Source: Cystobasidiomycetes sp. EMM_F5 | Lineage: Eukaryota | DNA length: 64,000 nt | Assembly: GCA_051047955.1 (NCBI GenBank) | Contig: JBPGPT010000001.1 | Span: forward strand, 1 to 64,000 | Direction of reading: 5' to 3' | Shown: positions 1-10,717 of the stretch, piece by piece | Numbering within the stretch: the first letter of the stretch is position 1 | Layout of the letters: every line of letters starts with the position of its first letter | Notes under the pieces: generated by a model | Seen by the model: only the letters and a program-made list of their open reading frames with translations | Told to the model about the DNA's origin: nothing | Database searches by the model: none | Program-made: the position numbers and the translations under genes

Positions 1-450
1 GTCCGAGGCCTTGCGCCAGACTTGGGATGTGGTGATTGAAGCGGAGGGGATTGTGCCAGGTGTAGTCGAAGTCGGGGTCCAGGGAGTGGGGGCGGGCAGC
101 GTCGATGAGAGACGTCTGCCAGGCGAGGGGGATGGATCCGCTTGACGTCGATGAGTGACGTGCAAGGCGGAGGGGGAGTGGGGTGTTGAGGGAGGGGTGG
201 TGGATGTTGGAGGGATTAGTATATCGTCGATGAGAGACGACAGGGACTAGGGAGTTGGGGGTTGGGTGTTGTATGTGTCGTATTGGTGCCAACAGTATGT
301 GCATAGATGCAGCTGGTGTTTGTTGGACTTGGCCAGAGCCAGTCGTCGATGAGAGACGGCCGGCTTGACCCTTTGCAAGTGATCGAGTTTTTGGTGTGCG
401 TGACACTTTCAAGAGGGGCGATACATTTTATTTTGGTGGCAATCGTGACA
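1..450. mobile_element. Possible end of a transposable element (LTR-like terminus), truncated by the window edge
   Basis: Compositionally distinct, carries the repeated 15-mer and ends in CGTGACA (444-450), the reverse complement of TGTCACG, a common fungal LTR terminus. No TE coding sequence is visible. Confidence 0.3.
100..358. repeat. Four dispersed copies of the 15-mer CGTCGATGAG(A/T)GACG (100-114, 146-160, 225-239, 344-358)
   Basis: Three exact copies and one with a single mismatch, in G-rich/A-poor flanks; the motif has self-complementary ends (CGTC...GACG). Confidence 0.85.
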
Positions 451-1141
451 GCCGGTTCTATCAGGCGAAAATATCCTTGACGAACCGTGATGCTAACTTA
501 CCGATACTATCATCCCATCGTCCAGTTTGGACTCAGGCTTGAATACTTATTAGACTAGGAAGTCTGACGTTCTGTCGCTGTGGACACCCACGCCTCACAT
601 GAGCACGATATTCAGTTCTCTCTGCAAAAAAAGTCTGCAGATTATTCGAGAAGTTCCTCTGTACTTCAGTCGCCCTGCGTCATCGATGAAGCCGCGCCAG
701 TCAGAGATAGCGATACTTCAGATGGGGACAGCATATGCGGCGGGAAAACTCGATATCGGAATCATCGAGCGTGTGACTTCATTCCCTCTTGTCTCCAAGA
801 TCCGTACTTTGCATAGAAGGTGCACCACATAATCTTCTTCTTACAATGCCTCTTACTCGACGCACGACTGGCAATCGATTGGTAAATGAGATATCTGTAT
901 GAAGCGGGAAGGACGGCACGGTATCTCAGCATAACAAGATGTATGTGATCACCCTGTCACCTGACGGCAGATATCCAACGGTAAAACGCAATGCGGTAAA
1001 ACGTCATGAAATGTCAAGCAGGGAAATGCAAAGACTGAAATGCACAACGCCCTGTTTTGTTTTTTTTTCCAAAAGGCTGATGAGTCGATCTTTGCGGAAT
1101 AGCTTATACAGTGATACCCACGGAGTCCGCTACGTGAAGGA

Positions 1142-3108
1142 CTAGTCCTCATCCCAATGACCTAGCTTCTTCGGCGGCGCAATGCCGGAAGCACGAGAGA
1201 CAATTATAGACTGAAGCCCCAGAAAAGTTAGCGTCATTACTTGCACCTCCTGTACAATTGAAGAACCTACGTCCACTCGCAACACATTGATTGCAGCTTC
1301 AGTACCGTAGCGTACAGCCCACAGTGTCGCATCCATGAGGTCGAATATACCTGCTGCTGCTGCATCGAGTACACCTCCGTTTTCGCCTTCAACATCAACG
1401 CCCATGCTCCCTGCCCTGTCTGTTGCGTGCAAGGATAAGAGTCTGGCAACGACTTCGGTTGCATCCAGTCCAGCATTTTCTGCGAGCGTGCGGGGTACGA
1501 CTTCGAGAGCTTCGGCAAACCGTTTTATGCCATGTTGAGCCAGACCGGGAGTCCTTTCTCCAAGTTCCGCAACCTGCCTGGCCATCGCCAATTCAGTCGA
1601 GCCGGCTCCAGGAATCACTCGCGGATCCTTCAGTATAGACTTGACGACATTGACACCGTCATCAATTGCTCTTTCGATATCGTCCATTCTGTTGGTAGTG
1701 GCACCGCGAATAACGATCGTGGCGGTACGAGTTTTGTAGCCCTCCTCCTCTTGACGAAACACCGTTACCCTGTCACCGGCAATTTCTATAGTTTCCACGA
1801 CGTCAATTGATCCAGCTTCTTCAGGGGTGGGTGCACCCAGTCGAGCAAGAGGAGTTGCTCCTATCACGCGACACAGGCGTCGCAAGTCGAATTTCGAGAG
1901 AACCTTGACTACCATGATGTTGTACCGGTTCAGATAATGAAGCGCGAGCTCGCCTACGGCCGATCCAGCAATGACCACAGTCACTCCAGCGTCAGCGATC
2001 TCCTTGATGACTTTTTCTAGGTGTTTTTCCTCTCCTCGGCTGAACCCTAGCAAATCGTCCGCGTTCTTGAGTAAAACTGTCCCTTTGGTTTCTGTTTGAG
2101 CCACGTCGATCCCGCTGGTATACACCGCCACTTTTCCTTTTCTTGCGTGTTGAACTTCTCCTTCTGGTTCTCTCCCAAAGACCATCCCTGCGATTACTGT
2201 GCTCTTCTCCAGACTACCTCCCATAATCTTCACTACACGAACGTTGTCAACATTGAAGTCTGATGCTTTGGCGGGCATGACGAGCAGGCTCGCTTTAGAG
2301 ACTAGCTCGGCCAGAAAGTCTTCTTGTCCGTATTGCTTCGCAGCCAGCACCGATCGTAGAGGTTTGGACAATGTTTCTTGGGTGAGAGGTAAAGGGAGTG
2401 TACGGATTTTCAGGGCTGACGAACGATCGCATAGATAAGTTTCGATTCAGGGCTCTGACGAGCTCGTCCACGTACAGTTTAGCGCTTCTTCAGCCTTTTC
2501 CCGTGCAAGTTCGTAACCAGCGATGATTTCCGATGGATGTAGGCCGACAGTAAGGAGATACTCTGCCTTTCGTAACAGTTCTCCGGCAAACATGAGTACA
2601 AAGTTGGTCCTGTCTCCCATCTGAGTGATTGAGAAGCTTGCAATTCAGAGGACAGGCCATTGAACTCTGAAGAACGAACTAACCTCCGCCTCTTGTTGCT
2701 GACTGGCCATGACCAGGACCTTGGCAGCAGGGTGAACAACCTCCAATTCTCGTATGATCGTGGCAGCATCGTTTGTTACAAATAGTCGCTCCAGGTGCTG
2801 TCATCGGAGGCCGATACACCGATACAATGTCAGATTTGGTCAGACGTAAGCTTGTGACTACGTGCAACCTCTCAAGTGTTGGCGTACATTGATAACCATC
2901 TTGTTCCTTCCATTTGGACCGAATGATGTCCTGACTATCTCGGTAATCTGTCCCACAGCTTGAATATTTCGAATGACCGCGTCCTCAATCCCAGACTGGA
3001 ACGAGTAGCCATCTTTGAACAGGGACGGACCACTTGAACTGCAGTCAGCATGAACGTCTGCGATTGTCTCACGTATTGCACGTACGCTCGCGGGATTTTC
3101 AGCGACAT
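1142..3108 (-). CDS. CCT8: T-complex protein 1 subunit theta (multi-exon)
   Basis: Spliced MSLKIPRA...TSFGPNGRNKMVIN/HLERLFVTNDAATI; FNVDNVRVVKIMGG, DDIERAIDDGVN and a C-terminal WDED. Confidence 0.95.
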
Positions 3109-3666
3109 GGTCTTATGGCAAGAGGCAACGTTGATGCCGCGCCAGCTTTTACGAATATTAGGCGTTGAAAGCTAACAACGATGCAAGCTGGATCAATGTC
3201 CAGGAATCCTTACAATACAGCTGCGATGATGCAACCCATGGCTTGACAAAACATGCAGAATTTTGGCATAACGCAAAGAACGGTAATTACGGCCTGAGTG
3301 ACGCGAAGAGGAAAAGCGACAGGGCTCCCAAGCCTCTGCAGAGATGTAATCCAATGACCAACGAAGTCGCTGTTTGTCAAAGGCCGGCGAGTAGATAACG
3401 GAAAGTGTATGTATTTGTGGAAAGGGCATTCGTTCTAGCAGCAAGTTGAGCGAGTAAGGATTCATACGTTGTGCGGACGGAGAGAGAAAAATGATGTCGT
3501 ATGAGCGGTAATGGCTGGTCACAGCCGGGCAATTTGATTACTGTGCCAAAAATGTCGAGGAAGGAAAGCCAAACACCATAGCATTCAGATCAGGGATCAT
3601 CGTAGCTGTGACGTGGCAGCATTCAAGTATCGTCGAAGCTGTGACGTAGGCGTGTTCGAATGAGAG

Positions 3667-4458
3667 CTAAGGGAGCCAGAGTGCCTCGAAAACGTTGAGC
3701 CACTCCGTCGCCTCCGTCCCGAGGCGATCAAAATTGTCATTCCACCCATCGATGATGGCCTTGCGATGATGCGGATACCAGACTATGCGGTAGTAGTATG
3801 CCGCAACTCTCAGGCATCTTGCGCCTATGTAGCTCGGCGTTATCGACAAATAAAGGAAGTGCAAAGCTGCAAAAACCTTTTGGCCTTGAAATCGAGCTGT
3901 CGGAGATGGCTGAGTCTGCTCCGTTGCAGTAGTGAATGAGTCGTGCCCATGCTCCTGAAGCGCTACGGTATTGCCGTTACTTGTTCTTCGCAACCATGCT
4001 GCGAGTCCGGCACTCCAAGGCGAGGAAGGGTTTGAACGATCGTAATCTTCCAGTTCTTGCGCGAGTCTTGCGTATATGCGGAACCGCACCTGGAAGTCGC
4101 GCCAAAACGCGGCATCAGATTGGGTAAGCGGGGCGTGTGTCCGGCTCAACACGAAATCTCTTCGATCAGGGATAGCACGAGTCTTCCTGACCTGCGGGGA
4201 TGTTTCGTCGTAGTTAGTCATTTCGACCGCTGAGGGTAGATGTCTTACGTCACCGACAGTACTTTGACATTGATACCGACTTCGTGCAAAGGCGTCTATA
4301 TGCATAGTCCTTATTTTGGTTACGCCCATCCACATGGTGGCTAGTATAACGGTACCGATAAGAAATGACGACCAGGAAGCGTTTGCCAGTGACAGAGAGG
4401 TAAGTACCGTAGTGGGCACACTTGGAGCGGGCATGCTAGAGTTTGCCGGCTCTGCCAT
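3667..4458 (-). CDS. Hypothetical protein with an N-terminal hydrophobic (TM-like) segment
   Basis: 263-codon ATG ORF; segment SSFLIGTVILATMWMGV; no recognised motif. Confidence 0.55.
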   Translation of the reverse strand: MAEPANSSMPAPSVPTTVLTSLSLANASWSSFLIGTVILATMWMGVTKIRTMHIDAFARSRYQCQSTVGDVRHLPSAVEMTNYDETSPQVRKTRAIPDRRDFVLSRTHAPLTQSDAAFWRDFQVRFRIYARLAQELEDYDRSNPSSPWSAGLAAWLRRTSNGNTVALQEHGHDSFTTATEQTQPSPTARFQGQKVFAALHFLYLSITPSYIGARCLRVAAYYYRIVWYPHHRKAIIDGWNDNFDRLGTEATEWLNVFEALWLP

Positions 4459-4688
4459 AGCCTCTGCCTGTACGATATAACAGTGGTATTGGCGTGAGAG
4501 TGGACCCGTAAGGGCTCATTGTGAATTCCTCTGGCATGGTCTGCTTGTTTTGATAAACAACTAGCTGAGGGGTCGTCAGGGGGTTCGAAGGCTTCGAAAA
4601 TCCCCTCGCCATCCAGTTTGGAAGGGCATCCACAGGAGTTTCCGGATTACCGCAAGCGACGGAGTTTGCCTTGTCCCGAACGAGGAAG

Positions 4689-5319
4689 ATGTACAGCGTC
4701 AACGTGTGGCTGTATGCTGGTGTCGCCTCTGCTGGCCTGGCCGGACTCGCGGCTGGCGCGATTCGCTACTTCTCTACTGGCAGATTCCACGAAGATAACG
4801 CGTACGAGCCGGTACACGAGTTCATATGTGAGCAGGAGCGGCAGCGTATAGCGTGAGCGAAACAGTGAAGCGTTCTGGACTCTGGCTTACTGTGCTTGTC
4901 ATCTTATAGCGATGCCTTAGTCTTGCTCGACAAAGTCGGAGACTTGGACCTGCCTAATGGTAATCGTGTCCGGTCGCTCCAGTGGCATGTCATTGTGCGT
5001 ATAGACTGCTTGCGGACAAGACACTAAGAATTGACGTGAACTGCCCTGTGTACCTGCACAGCCTGAAATGGCGGAAGTCTTTAGGCGACTCCAAATCTGC
5101 CTTGATCATGAAGGATGCACTAGGGCACAATACAGTCACATCCGTCACAGCATAGACATCTGGTATGATCAATTGCGAGGTCTGCTGCAGGGATTCATGC
5201 AGGGTGACCACGATGTCAAAATTGTCTGCGAGTTCCACGACAGACGAGCATACTGGCTTCGACAGACCCTGCCCCATTTGGAGAAGATGGAGTTTCTCAT
5301 TCGCCAAGTACAAGTATGA
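4689..5319 (+). CDS. Hypothetical three-exon protein with an N-terminal hydrophobic segment
   Basis: ATG 4689 MYSVNVWLYAGVASAGLAGLAAGAIRYF; introns GTGAGC..TAG and GTGCGT..CAG join it in frame to the 5068-5319 ORF. Confidence 0.55.
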
Positions 5320-5583
5320 CTGCATACCCTAGCCCACCGCTTATGTGTCAGAGGACGTCACTTAACGCAAGCCCTCGGTTCATTCGAACTCTCACTCGAC
5401 CTGTACTTGCACTCTGCCGAAGAACACGCAGCGGCGGCCCTAGTCGCCTTACAAACGGTCAACGTCTCCCATCGAGCTGCACTCGTCTGGACATTCGCAT
5501 CAGAGGACGGCTATTTCGTTACATAATTTTCGAGATAATTGTGAACCTGCCCGTTTCAACATGTATCGCATGCAAGACTACCT

Positions 5584-7043
5584 TCAGGAGAGCTGCGTCC
5601 GCGTCGCCTGCGTAAAGGCTGCACTATAAGATGCCCCCTCGCCGCAGCTTTCCTGACGGATCTGCTCACACTAGAAAGGTGACAAATGCGTCAGCATGGG
5701 ATGCGGAGCTTGCTGCAGATAGCGGTCTCACCTCCGGCAACCATTTTTTGATCTGCTGGATGCGTTTCTGATTCGCAGGATGCGTAGAGAGGAAGTCAAG
5801 GCCTTGAGGACTGCCGCCTTCCGCTTGTTGCATGCGCTCCCACATGCGGGCCGCTTCTCCCGGCTTGAAGCATGCTCGACTTGCGAGCTTCAACCCGATC
5901 TATAGGAGACACTTCAGTACCGCCTGTCTACGGTCGACATTGTCGCTCTCACTCGATCAGCTTCCGACTCTGCCGCTCTACTGTTGGGTAGCTGCAATAG
6001 AAGCCCGATTGCAGGAGAAGTAATTCCGGCATCGATACCCAGCAGTAAAGCCAGCCAACTCAAGGCAGCGTAGACCTTCTGAGACGACATTTTCTCGCCT
6101 GCGTGTCGCGCTACTTGATGTGCAACTTCGTGGCCAAGGACAGCGGCCAAGCCATCTTCGTTGGCACATACTGGTAGAATTCCGGTCTGACACATAAGGA
6201 TGAGTCACATCAAAGACCGCAGCTGGTTATGACGAGTCGTGTTTTCCTTACAAAAACTTCGATAGGGTCAGAGGTATGTAGCAAGCGCTTCGTGGGCGTC
6301 ACTTACCAAAAATTGCACCGTTTGGCAGGACAAAAGCGTTACGAATCGAGTCGTCTGCGATGACTCTGACTTTCCAATCTACTCCTTGTTTGCGCGCAAC
6401 TGCGTCCCATGAATCAGCAGTGCGCTGCAATATGCCTTGCTTGCCGTGCGTGGAGCTGTCCAGACCGCTCGCTGACAATATGCGATTTGCAATTCGTCTA
6501 ACGTATATTGTTGTTGGGTGGTTATCCGGAAGGAATCGTCCGTTGTACTGAGACATTATTTCCTGTGATGCCTGTTACATCGCCGCATTTCAGACCGCAG
6601 CAGTAGCCTGTGTAAGCGTGTCCAACTTACGGCATCTCCCATTTCGCGCTCGGACACCTCTGTAACGTCCATAAATCGCCAGCGACCTGTCTCTGTTTTC
6701 TCCAGGTGATACACTGCGTGTGTATTCATCAGTCTGGTTGTTTCTCACGTCACGCTACATACTCACCATAGTACACGCCTCCCCCAGACGCGGCTATCCA
6801 AACGACCGGCGGCGTTCGGCGGACCCTGGCTGCCAAATCACTGCCGAAACGAGCGTTGAATGGTGTGTTTTGCTGCTGCCCGAAGTGTCTGTAGGAAGGG
6901 GCGCGCAGTGGATTGGACCCGTGAAGCCTACGAATAGTTTGTTGTATAGTAGCCGGCCTAGGCTGCAGGCGGCATTGCGGGTGCAGAAAGTTCAACAAGG
7001 ATGGACGTGGTAGAAATCTATCTCTACGACCTAATGACCACAT
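5584..7043 (-). CDS. OMA1: Mitochondrial M48 metalloendopeptidase
   Basis: NAFVLPNG, LAAVLGHEVAH (HExxH), LPNSRAAESEAD and FLSTHP motifs; Arg-rich presequence-like N-terminus. Confidence 0.92.
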
Positions 7044-7327
7044 TAGTGGAGCAAAGGAGGGTTCCGGTGCGTTTCGACGGAATGCAAATTGCTTACCGCT
7101 CGAGCAACAGCAGCGATGATTTGAAACCGAGCCTTAGCTGAAAGCAAACAGATTTTGACATGAGCCAAACTTCTACAGCCAGCAGATCCCGCAAGCTAAT
7201 GCTCTCCGGAATTCTGTACACCACAGTCCCTAGCTCAATCCACGGGCCAGCCCCGGCTTGAAAGGCAGCATGCATTTAACATGACGCGGGCAGATGCGCC
7301 ATGGCATGTGTGGTGTAACCCTTCACA

Positions 7328-9213
7328 ATGCGGCTTGCGATCTATCTTGGCTTGACTGCAACTGCCGCCGCCATATGGCCTGCTCCCGAACTGGTTGAAG
7401 ATGGCACCTCAAAAACAGTTCGCCTTCATAAACAGTTTCGCATTGAGGCGCCCGACTGTTCGATACCCCAAGATGTCCGACAAGCTATCAGGAGCGCGAT
7501 GGGGCACATTTATGAGGATGATATGCGGCCACTCCGTTCTGACGAGCATCAGCTCGCTCTGCAAGCTCTGCATGCAGGGCCGCCTTTATACCTGCTCAAG
7601 CTGCATCTCCCATGCTTCGGGAAGATTCCATCTATTGCAGAGGAAGTGAACGGACCTTTGAAAGACCTCCGTGAGAAGGAGACGTACGAACTCGTCATAC
7701 CTGAGAGCGCATCAGAGGCACGCCTGTTCGCGAACTCCACCGTTGGCTTACTCCGGGGCCTCCAGACGTTCGTCCAGCTCGTATATACTGGTCATTACCG
7801 ACAGACTGTCAGATATCTGCTCGATCCCCCACGATGCATTCGCGACATGCCTGCCTTTCCAGTTCGGGGTTTACTTCTCGATACCTCCCGTCATTTCTAC
7901 CCTCTCCGTGTACTACGTCGCACCTTGATCGCGATGTCTTGGTCTAAATTAAATATGTAAGCAACTTAATCACCATGATGAGTCTGCGCCGACTCTGCAA
8001 GACAGCTTTCATTGGCATATAACAGACTCGCAGAGCTGGCCCTTAGAGGTAGAGTCATACCCGGACTTATCGCGTAACGGAGCTTATTCAGAACGAGAAA
8101 CCTACAAACGGGCAGAGGTTCAGGCGCTCGTCAAATTTGCAAACTCTATCGGAATTCAGGTGATCGTTGAAATTGATTCGTACGTCTGCCGTAGTCGTTC
8201 GGCGTATACTAATGTTGTTTCTTTACGCAGTCCAGGTCATACTGCCAGTATTGGCGCAACGTATCCGGATCTGGTTGCGTGCCTGAATTGCGAATGGCAG
8301 ACATTCGCAGTGGAACCACCATCCGGTCAAGTCAGCTTTGCAGATAATTCATGAAGGTAGCTATCATCACTCACGCGAATGTTTGCTAGATCCGCATCAC
8401 GGAACCGCTGGCCGTTGAGCTAATGACCAACATCATAAGGGATACCGCGGGGATACTACCGGGACAGTATTTCGGGACAGGTGGCGATGAAGTCAATATC
8501 GCTTGCTACACCGAGGACCACATCACACAAGCCGCACTCAAACGGCGCAATGAATCCCTAACTGCAGCTCTACAGCGCTTTGGGGACGCTACAAGTCTCG
8601 CCGTTCGCGACACGGGAAAAATTCCCGTGATTTGGGAAGACCAAGCTATTGGTTCGCGTGCAATCCGACTCAACGACTCAAGTGTCATATTAGCTTGGCG
8701 AGGCATGGAGACTTTGCCAAAGCTCATGGCGATGGGACACCACCTGATCTACGTCCCTTATCAGCAAGCTTACTTAGACTGCGGGAGAGGGGGATGGATC
8801 GAGACAGGGGCATCATGGTGTAACTACGTCTCGTGGTGGGATATGTACGACGATCCGCTCTCGACACATTTTCCGCCGGAGATGTTACAGGATGTCTTGC
8901 TTGGAGGGATGGCTGCATTGTGGTCTGAACAGACAGACAGTCAGAATGTCGATCAGATACTATGGTATGCTCTCTTCCCCCCAACGCGTCACAACGGGCT
9001 GAGTACAATTTCTTCAGGCCCCGAGCCGCTGTCGTCTCCGAGCTATGGTGGACAGGAGTGGCACGAATGAATGCATCACTGCGCAATGTTTCGGATGCGC
9101 TGCAACGTCTACACGATTTTAGGTATCGGATGGTCGCTCGAGGTGTCGGTGCAACCCCGCTACAACCACATATGTGTGCGATATTCCCTTCTCGCTGTAC
9201 GAAGATGAAGTAG
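7328..9213 (+). CDS. Secreted beta-N-acetylhexosaminidase, GH20
   Basis: Signal peptide, IWPAP, RGLLLDTSRHF, FHWHITDSQSWP, GGDE catalytic pair, YLDCG, ALWSEQ. Confidence 0.92.
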
Positions 9214-9567
9214 CGCGGCGCATATTGGAGATCCCTGGTCCGCAATTGTAACATACATCAATTTAGCAGGTGTACCTTGCTGCCAGACAGCCTTTAATCG
9301 CGCGCCATATTGCCACGCTTAATGGAACGCTTCTATGAAGCGTGCGCCGGTGTTCAGCCAGTTCTATAAGAGACCATGATGAAACCTGGCATCTTAAATT
9401 ACTCCAAGCTTGCGAAGAAATACTGTCCCTCACAGCCTCTACTTGTGTTGGAAGACCCAACCTTCACCGATGTTCGCAATACTGTCAGACAGTAGCATGG
9501 TCGCCGAGTGCCCTGACTCGAAGTATGCTAAACAACCACTTTGAAGCATGAGCGCGCCGGATCATTT

Positions 9568-10599
9568 TTAACTCTGCTGTAACTCTTTTTCAGGCTCGCT
9601 GCCAGCTTCGCTGACTTGCTTATCGTGTGACAGCACCTCCGTCAGCTTATCTGCTACCATCCCATGTACGAGCGACGTCGGGTGTAGACCGTCCAGCCAA
9701 ATCGCTCCTCCCCGAGCCTTGCCAGCGTCCAAGGCATCGATGCCATACTGTGCAGCATTGTCCATCAAATCCGTAAAGAGATGCCAGCTTGGGAAGATGC
9801 GAATGTCAAGAGCCACATCTCGCATATTTCGAGTGAGAGCTTGTTGTGCTAACGCTATATTCCATGTCTTGATCCTTGAGTGATGGCGCTCGTAACCGGG
9901 AGAGCTCACAAATAGAGGCTTAGGTTTGCGCATGCGGGGTGGCACTTCAAACAGAACAAATCTGCGCAGCCCTGATTCGATCAAGGTGTCGACTGCTTTT
10001 GTGAAGAGGCGGTTCACCACATCGACGGGGTCGATTGCAAAGCAGCAATCATTGATACCAATCCAGAGACCTTGATCATGGCTTTAGCCAAGTATTGACA
10101 GTGTAGAACATCACTCACACGCAAGGGCACTGCGCCGATCAGCCGCTGCTTGTGGGCTCTGCAGGTATGCCTGCCAAACGATATCAGTATGTTCACCAAT
10201 TCGCAGCGACTCAGCATGGTATGACACACATTGACCTGGCTCACGAGGCCATCCGTGGTTGCTCCACCATAGGCGTAATTGTATACAAGCATCGGCACGC
10301 CAGGTTTTTTCGCCTGGAAATGCATGACCCAGTTTGGTTTGCCTAACAGCTACTGATCAATCGTAGCGCCATAAGAATCTCCGAGTCAAGCAGTCTTACC
10401 TGGCTCATTATAGGTATCTTGCACATCGGATCCAAAAGGATTGTTCAGAGTGGGTTCCGAAAATCGGCCTCCGAGACTTGTTTGACAGTACGAGGCTCCG
10501 AAGCTACGAACGTGATGGTTCAGTGCTATAAGTCTACCGCCCTACTGCGCGAGAAGTGGAAACCCACACTACTAAGCGATCAATGCTATCCAGCGACAT
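9568..10599 (-). CDS. SGNH/GDSL hydrolase, CE16-like acetylesterase
   Basis: Spliced MSLDSIDRLVVFGASYC...NNPFG...GKPNWV...YNYAYGGAT...WLDGLHPTS (DxxH). Confidence 0.8.
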
Positions 10600-10717
10600 T
10601 GTCGGGAATGCACAAACGAATCTGGACTCGATTACGCCGGGTACATGGAGCGAAAACTTCATAGCGTTAAACGGTTATTTTGACTGTTGGACGCTTGCAT
10701 GTGGATGTTATGCTTTA

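Noticed and set aside
100..358. CRISPR array interpretation of the 15-mer repeats
   Set aside because: Repeat too short, spacers very unequal (31, 64 and 104 nt), no cas genes, eukaryotic context.
3605..3647. Duplicated AGCTGTGACGT (CRE-like) motif
   Set aside because: Only two 11-mers next to a stop codon; function cannot be supported from sequence.
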